This document shows, in pieces, positions 40,225 through 50,167 of a stretch of 64,000 nt of DNA. Both the position numbers and the translations under genes were made by a program. The stretch spans positions 1,184,001-1,248,000 of the forward strand of contig OY969811.1 of the NCBI GenBank assembly GCA_963703315.1, given 5' to 3'. Each line of letters starts with the position of its first letter. The first letter of the stretch is position 1. Source of the stretch: an uncultured cyanobacterium (GTDB taxonomy: Bacteria > Cyanobacteriota > Cyanobacteriia > Pseudanabaenales > Pseudanabaenaceae). The notes beneath the pieces were generated by a model that worked only from the letters and a program-made list of their open reading frames with translations, ran no database searches and was not told the DNA's origin.

Positions 40225-41425
40225 ACCAAGTCCAAATCCTGAAGGCGATCAGAATCAGCAAACTGCTCAAAATTCTGCATCGGCTTCTGAACAAGTTACT
40301 AGCAAAAAATCAACGCGCCGATCGCCTAAAGCTGCATCGAAAAAAGAAGTATCGCCAGAAATGCAACAGGCGTTAGACTTGTTGCAAGCAGAAGCTACAC
40401 CAGAGGAGAAGTTAGAGGATCAACTTGCCAAAAATGAGGCTAATCCTGCGACACCTGACGTTAATATTCGCCCCAAAAATCTTGCTGACTATATTGGACA
40501 AAAGGATTTAAAAGAACTACTTCATATTGCGATCTCAGCAGCAAAATCCCGCTCATCGGCTCTTGACCATTTATTGTTATATGGTCCTCCCGGATTAGGG
40601 AAGACTTCTCTAGCTTTGATTATTGCTCAGGAAATGGGTGTGCAATGCAAGATTACTTCGGCTCCTGCCCTTGAGCGTCCCCGTGATGTGGCAGGTTTGC
40701 TAGTTTCGTTGCAACAGGGAGATATTCTCTTTATCGATGAAATCCATCGTTTACCGAGTGTAACAGAAGAGATTCTCTATCCTGCGATGGAAGATTATCG
40801 ACTGGATATTACGATTGGGAAGGGACAAGGCGCAAGGATTCGCAGTGTGCAGTTAAATAAATTTACGCTGATTGGTGCGACGACAAGAATTGGCGCGTTA
40901 TCTTCGCCATTGCGCGATCGCTTTGGTTTTGTACAGCATTTTCGATTTTATGAGCAGGATGAATTGACCCAGATTGTGTCGCGGAGTGCCAAGATTCTCG
41001 ATACACCAATTCATGACGATGGGGCTGTGGCGATCGCTGCCAGATCAAGGGGTACGCCTCGGATTGCCAATCGTCTATTAAAACGAGTGCGTGACTATGC
41101 CGAAGTGAAGGCGAAAGGTGAACAAATTACAGGGGCGATCGCAGAATCTGCTCTCGAATTATTTAATGTTGATCCGAAAGGACTCGATTGGATTGATCGC
41201 AAATTGCTTACGGTTTTAATTGAGAACTTCAACGGTGGTCCCGCAGGTTTAGATACTCTTGCGGCGGCGACGGGTGAGGATGCTCACACCATTGAAGAAG
41301 TGTATGAACCTTATCTATTACAGATTGGCTATATCAATCGCACCCCACGCGGTCGGGTGGCTACAGCAGCAGCATGGAAGCATTTAGGCTATTCCGTACA
41401 AACTGCGATCGCAGGAATCCTCTAA
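40205..41425 (+). CDS. ruvB: Holliday junction branch-migration helicase RuvB
   Basis: [49 protein letters not shown]. Confidence 0.97.
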   Translation: MAIISSKPSPNPEGDQNQQTAQNSASASEQVTSKKSTRRSPKAASKKEVSPEMQQALDLLQAEATPEEKLEDQLAKNEANPATPDVNIRPKNLADYIGQKDLKELLHIAISAAKSRSSALDHLLLYGPPGLGKTSLALIIAQEMGVQCKITSAPALERPRDVAGLLVSLQQGDILFIDEIHRLPSVTEEILYPAMEDYRLDITIGKGQGARIRSVQLNKFTLIGATTRIGALSSPLRDRFGFVQHFRFYEQDELTQIVSRSAKILDTPIHDDGAVAIAARSRGTPRIANRLLKRVRDYAEVKAKGEQITGAIAESALELFNVDPKGLDWIDRKLLTVLIENFNGGPAGLDTLAAATGEDAHTIEEVYEPYLLQIGYINRTPRGRVATAAAWKHLGYSVQTAIAGIL

Positions 41426-41456
41426 AAAAAGGAGTCGCTTAGCGACTCCTTTTTGA

Positions 41457-42833
41457 TTAGGCAACTTCGACTACTTCCCTTGATTCTAGCGAAAGCCCAC
41501 CCGCACGAATTCCTTCCATTTCTTCTAATACCTGTAAGTATCTACCAGTAATAATTCTCGCGCCACGACGATGGGTGAAATAGTTCCATCCCCATTGAAT
41601 CATGACCAACAATTTATTATCAAATTCAATCAGATAATAAACATGGACAAATGTCCAAATAAACCATGCTAGCCAACCTTTCAGACGTAAGAACTTGAAG
41701 TCCACAACCGCTTCATGACGACCAATTACGGCAAGACTTCCAAAATCCCAATACCTAAATTTTGCAGGTTCCTTTTCCTGCACCTTCGCCTCAATATGAT
41801 GCGCGACATATTCACCCTGCTGCATCGCCACAGGTGCAACCCCCGGAAGTGGGCGATCGCCTTGGTGGGAATAGTTCGCTAAGTCACCAATGACATAGAC
41901 ATTGGGATAATTGGCGATCGACAGATCAGGCTGGACAATCACCCGACCAACTCGATCTAGCTCGGCATTCAGGCGATCGCCTAATACTTTACCCATCGGC
42001 GAAGCCTTTACACCTGCCGCCCAGAGAATTGTTTGCGCTTGAATCTGTTCAACTTGCTCACCACATTTAAAGGTAACGACATGATCTTCAATATTCGTCA
42101 CCATCGCACTAGTTTTGACTTCCACTCCTAACTTCAGAAGGGATTGCTTCGCTGCTTCAGAGAGATCGGCATGGTAGGGAGGCAATACGCGATCGGTTCC
42201 TTCAATCAAGATTATTCGCGCTTTCTTAGTGTTAATATTCGTAAATTCATCACTGAGGGTGCGATGGGCAAGCTCGGCTAAGGTTCCCGCAAGTTCTACG
42301 CCTGTTGGTCCTCCACCGATGACCACGAAGTTCATCAGAGCTTCTTTAAACTTGGGATCATGGGTCTTTTCGGCTGCCTCAAAGGCGCTCAGGATGCGAC
42401 GACGCATATTAATCGCATCTTCAATGGTTTTTAATCCAGGGGCTTGCTCTGACCATTGATCGTTACCAAAGTAATGGTGACTGACTCCTGTTGCCACGAT
42501 CAGCGAGTCATAGCTTATGTCTAAGTGATTTTTTAATTTAACTACCTGCGCTTGGGGATCGATATCTAGCACTTCGCCCATAACGACGCTGGTATTTTTG
42601 TTTTCGGCGAGGACTGCCCGCAATGGTGAGGCGATATCGGCGGGTGAGAGGCTGCCTGTGGCGACTTGGTAAAGTAGGGGCTGGAAGAGGTGAAAGTTAC
42701 GTTTGTCAATGAGGGTGACTTTAAGGGGAACCTTTGATTTGCCTAGCTTTTGGGCGGCATATAGTCCCCCAAAGCCACCGCCAATAATAACAACATGATG
42801 GGGTGCGCTTTCATTTTGAGTACTTAGAGACAT
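41457..42833 (-). CDS. Type II NADH dehydrogenase-like FAD oxidoreductase
   Basis: GGGFGG, FQPLLYQVATG, GGGPTGVELAG, WAAGV, AMQQG. Confidence 0.9.
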   Translation of the reverse strand: MSLSTQNESAPHHVVIIGGGFGGLYAAQKLGKSKVPLKVTLIDKRNFHLFQPLLYQVATGSLSPADIASPLRAVLAENKNTSVVMGEVLDIDPQAQVVKLKNHLDISYDSLIVATGVSHHYFGNDQWSEQAPGLKTIEDAINMRRRILSAFEAAEKTHDPKFKEALMNFVVIGGGPTGVELAGTLAELAHRTLSDEFTNINTKKARIILIEGTDRVLPPYHADLSEAAKQSLLKLGVEVKTSAMVTNIEDHVVTFKCGEQVEQIQAQTILWAAGVKASPMGKVLGDRLNAELDRVGRVIVQPDLSIANYPNVYVIGDLANYSHQGDRPLPGVAPVAMQQGEYVAHHIEAKVQEKEPAKFRYWDFGSLAVIGRHEAVVDFKFLRLKGWLAWFIWTFVHVYYLIEFDNKLLVMIQWGWNYFTHRRGARIITGRYLQVLEEMEGIRAGGLSLESREVVEVA

Positions 42834-43379
42834 GGCAAGTTTTTAAGTTGGGTGTGATGTTTTTGCTGGTGGCATCTTTAAAAAATTATTATATATGTAA
42901 ATAAAAATATCTTTTTGTATCTTTTTATTTTGGATGGATATTATTGAAAAAACATACCTAAATACACCGATTTAGTTGATTAAACCGAAACTTTCAATTT
43001 AACTATCCTAAAAATGCATCTTACATCGCTTTGCTCTCAAACCAAAAACAATAAATTTTAAAAAGCGTTGCAAAGCAACGCTTTTTAAAATTTATTGTGG
43101 TTCTTTTGATCGAAAACTTATGATGCTATTCTTGATGTGGAGGCTGTCTGTTTTGGCTAAATTTAGCCGTTTAGCTGACTAAATTTGTTGGTGAGCTTGT
43201 TGATTTCTAGTTGTACGTTGATGCTGTCAGAGAAGATTCATCCGAATACCAGATTCAAGGAGAAAAGTGTCTATATGTTTGGTGCTAAGAGTGAGAAACT
43301 GTCAAAGCAAAATGTGATATTTCTTAGTTCGCATCTTGAAATTAAAAATGTTGCGCGTGACACGAGTGAGAGAAAATTT

Positions 43380-43730
43380 ATGACTATTGGTAAGGCTTCT
43401 TTAAAGTTTGCTGCATCTACAGCTATTTTCTCAATGATTAATGGATTTAATGTTCAACTAGCCCATGCCGACCATCTCAACTTCACACTTTATAACGAGT
43501 CCAGCAAAACAATCCGTAACCTCTATGTTGCAGCCGCTCGATCCGACAGGTGGGGACGAGATATTCTTGGTTCTAACGTTTTGGAAAGTGGAGACTATAC
43601 ACGCATCACTTTCCCAAATCAGACTGCTGAAAGCCCCTGTATCTATGATGTAAAGATCATTTTTACAGATAGAACAACAAGTACAGGTCGTCATAATCTC
43701 TGTAAGTTCGACTCGGTCACTGTTCGTTAA
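43380..43730 (+). CDS. Small secreted beta-rich protein
   Basis: Signal peptide ending AHA-D; NFTLYN.S..TI..LYV...WG.DILG..VL.SG...C.YD.K...NLC. Confidence 0.7.
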   Translation: MTIGKASLKFAASTAIFSMINGFNVQLAHADHLNFTLYNESSKTIRNLYVAAARSDRWGRDILGSNVLESGDYTRITFPNQTAESPCIYDVKIIFTDRTTSTGRHNLCKFDSVTVR

Positions 43731-43929
43731 CTAATGTAGTGCGATCGCTGATCCTGTAAGGTGCGTTAATGATATTTAACGCACCTTATTTAATTTTAAT
43801 TATGCGATAGCGGAGCGTGACACACCCTGATGAAATCTGATCTTGTTTGATTTTGGACATTATGCGATCGCTACGGTAAAGCCCCAAAAACCATGTCAGA
43901 ATAGTAACAACGTAAAGTACCAAAAAACT

Positions 43930-44667
43930 ATGGTTACTGTACCTTCTCAATACCGTTTGCCAACGGCGGAAGACCTACCCGATTCCGATGAAACGCCTGT
44001 GGATAATGAACTCCAAAATGACATTCCCAATCTTCTATTGAACCTATTGCGAGAGATTTGGAGCGATCGCTCTGATTGGTTTTGGGGTGTGGATATGGGA
44101 GTGTATTACGAGCCAAATATTGAGGAGCCAGCCAAGTCTAAGGTGATCGTTCCCGATGGGTTTCTTGCTTTGGGTGTACCGAAACAAACTGGTGAAGGTG
44201 GACGCTTGAGCTATGTGGTTTGGCAGGAAAAAGTAATGCCAATTCTGGCTTTAGAAGTTGTTTCTAAAAAATATAATGGTGAATACGACACAAAGTTAGC
44301 CAAGTATGCAGAGATAGGAATTCTCTATTATGTGGTGTACAATTCCACGTCTGGTCGCCGATTGTATAAGGATCATCAATCTCTAGAAGTATACAAGTTA
44401 GTCGATGGAAAATATCAACTTTTGCCTACGGTGGTGCTTTTAGCGGAAGGTGGAAGGATGGTATGGATTCCTGAGATTAGTTTGGGAATTGGTTGTGAGC
44501 AGGGTATTTATGATGGTTGGCAACGCGAATGGGTTTATTGGTACGATCGCTCTGGTAAGAGATATCTCACTACTCAAGAACGTGCGAACCTAGAGCGTCA
44601 GGCGAGACTTGAGGCTGATGCGTTATTACAAAAGTATCGTGATCGCTTCGGTGATATCTCTGAATAA
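43930..44667 (+). CDS. Uma2-family (DUF820) endonuclease-like protein
   Basis: LPTAEDLPDSDETPVDNELQ, VPDGFL, LEVVS, GILYYVVYN. Confidence 0.9.
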   Translation: MVTVPSQYRLPTAEDLPDSDETPVDNELQNDIPNLLLNLLREIWSDRSDWFWGVDMGVYYEPNIEEPAKSKVIVPDGFLALGVPKQTGEGGRLSYVVWQEKVMPILALEVVSKKYNGEYDTKLAKYAEIGILYYVVYNSTSGRRLYKDHQSLEVYKLVDGKYQLLPTVVLLAEGGRMVWIPEISLGIGCEQGIYDGWQREWVYWYDRSGKRYLTTQERANLERQARLEADALLQKYRDRFGDISE

Positions 44668-44832
44668 TTAAAAAGGCGATCGCCTTTAGGCGTTGCACAT
44701 ATTGATAATGATCAAATGTCAATGGATATTTCTAGGTAAGAAGCAAAAACACAATACCTACGCATCTAGAGTAATCGCTATACTGGGGAATGATATATTT
44801 GACCAGCAGCGCTTTAGCATCAATGTGTTTCT

Positions 44833-46761
44833 ATGGGCTATGAGCCACTACATCATAAATATCGTCCGCAAATTTTTGCTGATCTAGTTGGGCAAGAGGC
44901 GATCGCCCATACGCTATCTAACGCGCTCAACACTAAGCGGATCGCACCCGCATACTTATTTACTGGTGCTAGGGGGACGGGCAAAACATCAAGTGCGCGG
45001 ATCATGGCAAAGTCACTGAATTGCCTAAGCTCAGATAGTCCAACTCCTCACCCCTGCGGCAAATGTGAGCTATGCCATAGCATTGCCAATGGTAATGCCC
45101 TCGATATTACCGAAATCGATGCGGCAAGTAATACAGGTGTGGATAACATTCGAGAACTCATCGAACGCGCCCAATTTGCACCTGTAAAAGCTCGTTTTAA
45201 GGTTTATATTATTGACGAATGTCATATGTTAAGTACAGCAGCATTTAATGCCTTGCTAAAAACCCTTGAAGAGCCGCCCGATCGCGTAACTTTTATTCTC
45301 GCAACCACTGACCCACAGCGCGTATTACCGACAATTATTTCACGGTGTCAGCGATTTGACTTTCGGCGCATTCCGCTTGACTCAATGGTGAAGCATTTAG
45401 GAAAGATTGCTGCTAATGAGAATATTAATATTCATCTAGAAGCACTCACCTTAGTCGCTCAAATCGCGCAGGGTGGACTACGGGATGCTGAATCTCTGCT
45501 TGACCAGCTAAGTCTATTAGATGGAGAGATTACGGTTGAGGCAGTGTGGGATTTGGTGGGTTCGGTTCCAGAACAGGACTTGTTATCGCTAATTGAGGCG
45601 ATCGCCGCAGACCATTCTACACAACTAATAGATTATGTGCGGCGGATTATGGATCGGGGGCGCGAACCTTTAATCGTGTTGCAGAACTTGGCGAATGTCT
45701 ATCGTGATTTGTTGATTGCTAAAACCGCAAGCGATCGCAGTGATTTGGTTGCAATGACTAGTTCTGGTTGGGAGCGATTGATCCAACTATCTCAGACTTT
45801 ACCAGTTCCGAATATTTTGTTGGGTCAGCAGCATTTGCGAGCAGCCGAGTTACAAATTCGTAATTCCACGCAGCCGCGTTTATGGTTAGAAGTTACCTTG
45901 ATGGGGTTATTACCTTCAGCACAAGGGGCGATCGCGCAATCACAATCTCCTCATCCATCACCAAATCAACCATTCATTCCGCCTCGCAATGTTCCTGCAA
46001 ATACTCCACCAACTCCCCAAATTACCCCCCAAGCTCTTGGCAATAATCCTATTGCGCCAATTCCATCACCACCCAAGATAGAATCTCCACCAGTTTCTCC
46101 AACACCAGTAACGCCAATTCCAAATAACGCTCTCCCAAATCATTCAGTTCCAGAAACACCAATTTATTCTGGAAGTGATGATTTAGAGAATATAGCTGCC
46201 GTTGGTTATGACTTCGATCAGTTGTGGCAAAATGTTCTCTCAATGTTGCCCACACCCACAAAGTCCGTATTTATACAGATCCAAGCGCATATTCTGACGA
46301 TGGATTATAGTAGCATCAAGATTGGGTTGGCGGGAAAACGAGATGAAACCACTAAAAATATTGTGGTGCAGAAGCGCCCCGAACTAGAGCAAGTATTTGC
46401 GAATCTATTGCAGCGCCCTATGAAGGTAATGTTTACCTTTGTATCACCACCGCAAGCTGAGCCAGTACAAGTTACGTCTCCTCTGCCTATTAGTCCTGCG
46501 ATCTCTCCTCCACCGATTACGCCTCCCACGGCGATCGCTAGCCCTCCATTTCCTAATCCTCAACCTGTCACATCTCCTCCCAATTCATCAACGAATTCAC
46601 CATCAACAAATTCACCATCGGCAAACGTTTCACCTGCACCAGTAAAACCAACCCAGCCTAAAGGTTATGTGGGTATGTCAGAAGAGGATATGGTGATCAG
46701 AAATATGGCAGAATTTTTTAATGGACAAGTTGTTGATCTTGATGACACTTCCGAAAGTTAG
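44833..46761 (+). CDS. dnaX: DNA polymerase III subunit gamma/tau
   Basis: KYRPQ, GARGTGKT, EIDAASN, IIDECHML, SRCQ; Pro-rich linkers. Confidence 0.96.
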   Translation: MGYEPLHHKYRPQIFADLVGQEAIAHTLSNALNTKRIAPAYLFTGARGTGKTSSARIMAKSLNCLSSDSPTPHPCGKCELCHSIANGNALDITEIDAASNTGVDNIRELIERAQFAPVKARFKVYIIDECHMLSTAAFNALLKTLEEPPDRVTFILATTDPQRVLPTIISRCQRFDFRRIPLDSMVKHLGKIAANENINIHLEALTLVAQIAQGGLRDAESLLDQLSLLDGEITVEAVWDLVGSVPEQDLLSLIEAIAADHSTQLIDYVRRIMDRGREPLIVLQNLANVYRDLLIAKTASDRSDLVAMTSSGWERLIQLSQTLPVPNILLGQQHLRAAELQIRNSTQPRLWLEVTLMGLLPSAQGAIAQSQSPHPSPNQPFIPPRNVPANTPPTPQITPQALGNNPIAPIPSPPKIESPPVSPTPVTPIPNNALPNHSVPETPIYSGSDDLENIAAVGYDFDQLWQNVLSMLPTPTKSVFIQIQAHILTMDYSSIKIGLAGKRDETTKNIVVQKRPELEQVFANLLQRPMKVMFTFVSPPQAEPVQVTSPLPISPAISPPPITPPTAIASPPFPNPQPVTSPPNSSTNSPSTNSPSANVSPAPVKPTQPKGYVGMSEEDMVIRNMAEFFNGQVVDLDDTSES

Positions 46762-46763
46762 AT

Positions 46764-48062
46764 TTAGGTGATCTTGTTGATTTTTGTCGAACCGCTAAAT
46801 CTCTCTTCATGATATTGCTGCTTTGGAAAGCCGATTCCTTCTAACAAAGACTTTGTACTTTGCATAAAGCCTTCAGAACCATAGACAAACACCGTGCGAT
46901 CGCTCCAATCAGGAGCAATCATTTCCAACATTGCGGGTGTTAATCTACCGCGTAGTCCCATCCATACTTGATTTGGTGTGGGACGAGTGACGGTTATAGA
47001 TAGTTGAAACTTAGGCGATCGCGCTGCCATCATTTCTAGTTCTTGGCGATAGATAATATCTTCTGGACTGCGTACACAATGAAAAAATACGACATCACAA
47101 TCTGAATGCGTATCATAGAGCCAGCGTGACATCGACATCATCGGCATGATGCCACTGCCAGACGAGAGAAACAATAATTTCTGCGAAGGATATTCAAAAC
47201 AAGTAAACTTACCAAATATTCCACTAGCTTGAATCTGACTGCCAATATTGAGATTGTAATATAACCAATTAGACACTAAACCCGCAGGCATAGTTGAGTC
47301 TTCAGGCTGACTAGAAAGAACCCGCTTGACCGTAATTTCTAGAGAGTGTGGTCGGGAAGGAGAAGATGCAATCGAATAAGAGTACAGTACTTCTATGCCA
47401 TCAATTTCTAGTTCTAATGTAATAAACTGTCCTGCTTTATAAATAAATAGATGGGGAGGATTAGTAACAAAACAAAGGGTCTTAATATCGGCGTTTTCTT
47501 CAATGATTTGGACACATTGTAAAGTGAGTTTGCCGATGCTCCAGTGAGGAATCTGGCTAATATCAAGGCTCGCAAGTGGCATATATTGGCTAGGTTCTGC
47601 TTGTATTTCTACATTTGCTGCACGGCGATCGCCAGATGTTTGTACTGTTTTTGCAGAACTATTGATGGACATATTTAACTGCAAAACTGATGGTTCGGTA
47701 GGAAATTCTGCCCCTTCCAAAGATTTTGCTAACTCTGACTCAAAGACAATTTCCTCGATCAAGATCGTAAAATCACCTAGTTGAATAATATCGTTCACGG
47801 AGATCTGACAATCTAGAAATGCTTTACGCTCAATGTTATTAATTTGTGAACCGTTAGTGCTACCTAAATCAATAAAGTGATATTGATTTCCTTCAAAGGA
47901 AATCTTTCCATGTTCTCGACTGACAGTGGCATTATCTAGAATGACATCGCAGTGGGGCGCTCGACCAATCAAGAAATCGTTCTTTTTACTAGTTTCTGTA
48001 GATAGCTGAATAGGCTTTAGTTCTAGAGGAATCTTTGTATTGAAAATCCTAAGTTTTAGCAT
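46764..48062 (-). CDS. FHA domain + ferredoxin-reductase-type FAD/NAD-binding protein
   Basis: IGRAPHCD..SREH..DLGSTNG (FHA); YSIASSP, GLVSNWL, GSGIMPMMSM. Confidence 0.8.
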   Translation of the reverse strand: MLKLRIFNTKIPLELKPIQLSTETSKKNDFLIGRAPHCDVILDNATVSREHGKISFEGNQYHFIDLGSTNGSQINNIERKAFLDCQISVNDIIQLGDFTILIEEIVFESELAKSLEGAEFPTEPSVLQLNMSINSSAKTVQTSGDRRAANVEIQAEPSQYMPLASLDISQIPHWSIGKLTLQCVQIIEENADIKTLCFVTNPPHLFIYKAGQFITLELEIDGIEVLYSYSIASSPSRPHSLEITVKRVLSSQPEDSTMPAGLVSNWLYYNLNIGSQIQASGIFGKFTCFEYPSQKLLFLSSGSGIMPMMSMSRWLYDTHSDCDVVFFHCVRSPEDIIYRQELEMMAARSPKFQLSITVTRPTPNQVWMGLRGRLTPAMLEMIAPDWSDRTVFVYGSEGFMQSTKSLLEGIGFPKQQYHEERFSGSTKINKIT

Positions 48063-48106
48063 GAATTTACTTAAATAATAAAATGACGATTATCTCAATT
48101 TCTTGA

Positions 48107-48818
48107 TGTAGCACTTTTTAAGCAAGCAAGTTACAGAGGATTATTTCTCCGCCAAAGACGGGGAAATAATCCTTTTCTCCACTAGATTGTAAAACACTAT
48201 AATCTGACAACGTAAATTTGTAGTCAGACTCTCGCAATTATGAATCTGTGAAGTTCGCCCAAAGTTTTATATAAGTAGCTGAACATAATTAAAATCAGAG
48301 CTAAAACCTGTGGCGCACGAGCAGCGTACGCTACAGGTTTTTGGGTTTTAAATTTAATTGCGCTCAGCTACTTAACCAAATTCCGTAATCTAGACTATAA
48401 ATTGATTAATTTCATCCCATATAGCAAAAAAAGAGTTAGCTAGTACAAACCAAAATCCAAGAAGCGAGTTGCGGCGCGAAGCGCCGCAACTCATCTTTTG
48501 GTTTCATGTCCTAAGCAAAACTTACTTTGCTATATATTGCCAGCCAAGAATTTATTCAAACAATATTTATTTCATTCTCATAGAAAACAAGTAGATATAC
48601 TTATCGTTAAGTGTCCTTAGTCCAGATAATTCTCAAAAAAATAACTAAAAATAATTTTCAGTGTAGAACATATCGTATGTAATTTTGTTCCCATTAGGAC
48701 AAAATTAACCTCAAGATAGAGTTGCGATGCTATGACTCTATCTTGAGTCCTAGTAATTAAGTCTAGATCACAACTTAAAATATGTGGCGCACCGTGCGCC
48801 ACATATTTTAAGTTGTGA
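48107..48818. mobile_element. Cluster of three different MITE-like elements plus a long hairpin
   Basis: Elements at 48107-48201, 48272-48374 and 48420-48534; hairpin at 48768-48818. Confidence 0.7.
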
Positions 48819-48853
48819 CAAGTTACTTAGCTATAAATTCATATTGCTATAAA

Positions 48854-49336
48854 TTACTTTAACCACTCTTCGAGACTGGTAGTTAATTTGCCTGTAATTT
48901 GAGCAGTAAGTTGATCGCGCTTTTGTTTACGCAACCATTTGTGAAATTGCTTTTCGTATTCATCACTTTCTGTTTGATAAGTTACCCATGCATCTAGGGC
49001 TACGCCTAATCCCCAAAACAGTAGTGGATAAACTGCCCAGCCAATTTTGCCAGAAGTCACTAGATTTAGAGCTACCAAAAAAGAATTAACGATCGCATAT
49101 TTCAATACATTTGATTGGAAAGATTTCTTTTTATATTTATCAAACTCTAATAGCTCCTTACGCACAGCCTGCGTCGATTGCCATTCTTGGACTGCGGTTA
49201 AGAAATCTGCTTCACTGACACCCATATCAGAAGCAATTTCATATACTTGCTGCTTAGTGAGATTTTGACCATTGGTTCTCTTTGCTAGGGCATAGCGGAG
49301 AATCTGATCAACTTGTTCTTCGGAATAAGTATCCAT
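48854..49336 (-). CDS. 2TM-domain protein
   Basis: YSEEQVDQIL..A, EIASDMGVS, IVNSFLVALN...WAVYPLLFWGLG. Confidence 0.85.
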   Translation of the reverse strand: MDTYSEEQVDQILRYALAKRTNGQNLTKQQVYEIASDMGVSEADFLTAVQEWQSTQAVRKELLEFDKYKKKSFQSNVLKYAIVNSFLVALNLVTSGKIGWAVYPLLFWGLGVALDAWVTYQTESDEYEKQFHKWLRKQKRDQLTAQITGKLTTSLEEWLK

Positions 49337-49367
49337 TTGTGTTTTGATACTAGGTTGCTTATATTGA

Positions 49368-49471
49368 TAAGTAGCTCAGCATAGTTAAAACCCAAAATCA
49401 GAGCTTGTGCCGCCCGTTACGCGGGCGGCACAAGCTTCTAGGTTTTAAGTTTACTTATGCCTAGATACTTA
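49368..49471. mobile_element. 104-bp MITE, inverted copy of 21397-21500
   Basis: About 5 mismatches to the 21397 copy; directly followed by a deleted element of another family (49473-49527). Confidence 0.85.
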
Positions 49472-49522
49472 CTATAGCGCTTCACCGTCTAGTGAAGTAC
49501 GGGATTGTTTGCTGGAAAAGCT

Positions 49523-50062
49523 CTATAGTGCAGCAATGAAGCGATCGCAGCAATCGCGTAACCAATAGGTATAAGATTCTGGATATTCGCGAATATCCGC
49601 TTGTAAATCTTGTAAATCAATCCATTTCCAGTCTTCTGCTTCTTCAGCATTGAGAACTGGTGCGCGATCGCTATAGCCTACAAACACATGATCAAATTCA
49701 TACTCAGTCAAGTCATTATCTAACTCTGCCTGATAGATAAAACTAAACAATTCCCGCAATTCACAATCAAAGCCCATTTCTTCTTGTAAGCGGCGATGGG
49801 CGGCGAGTAAAGTTGGCTCTTCATGGCGAGGATGACTACAGCAAGTATTTGTCCATAGTCCTCCTGAATGATATTTATGCTTAGCGCGTTTTTGTAATAG
49901 AAGTTGTCCCTGTGAGTTCAGCACAAAGATGGAAAAGGCACGATGCAATAGTCCGTCGCGATGAGCTTGCAACTTTTCGGCGATCCCAATTTGGCGATCG
50001 CTTATATCTACTAAAATGACTTTCTCTTCTAACTGGTTAATTAGTTGTGTTGTAGCAACCAT
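49523..50062 (-). CDS. idi: Type 1 isopentenyl-diphosphate delta-isomerase
   Basis: LHRAFS, LLQKRA..KY...LWTNTCCSHP, RRLQEEMG, EYEFDHVF. Confidence 0.93.
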   Translation of the reverse strand: MVATTQLINQLEEKVILVDISDRQIGIAEKLQAHRDGLLHRAFSIFVLNSQGQLLLQKRAKHKYHSGGLWTNTCCSHPRHEEPTLLAAHRRLQEEMGFDCELRELFSFIYQAELDNDLTEYEFDHVFVGYSDRAPVLNAEEAEDWKWIDLQDLQADIREYPESYTYWLRDCCDRFIAAL

Positions 50063-50167
50063 AAATATTTACGATCAAAACTTACGATCAAATTAGCACC
50101 TATAGGCGTGCGCGGCGAAGCCGCGCACGCCTAATTATTTACTGGAAATGGAGTATACCTTAAATCA

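Noticed and set aside
44833..46761. Intein in dnaX; Pro/Ser-rich repeats
   Set aside because: IIDECHML is uninterrupted. The low-complexity linkers are typical of DnaX.
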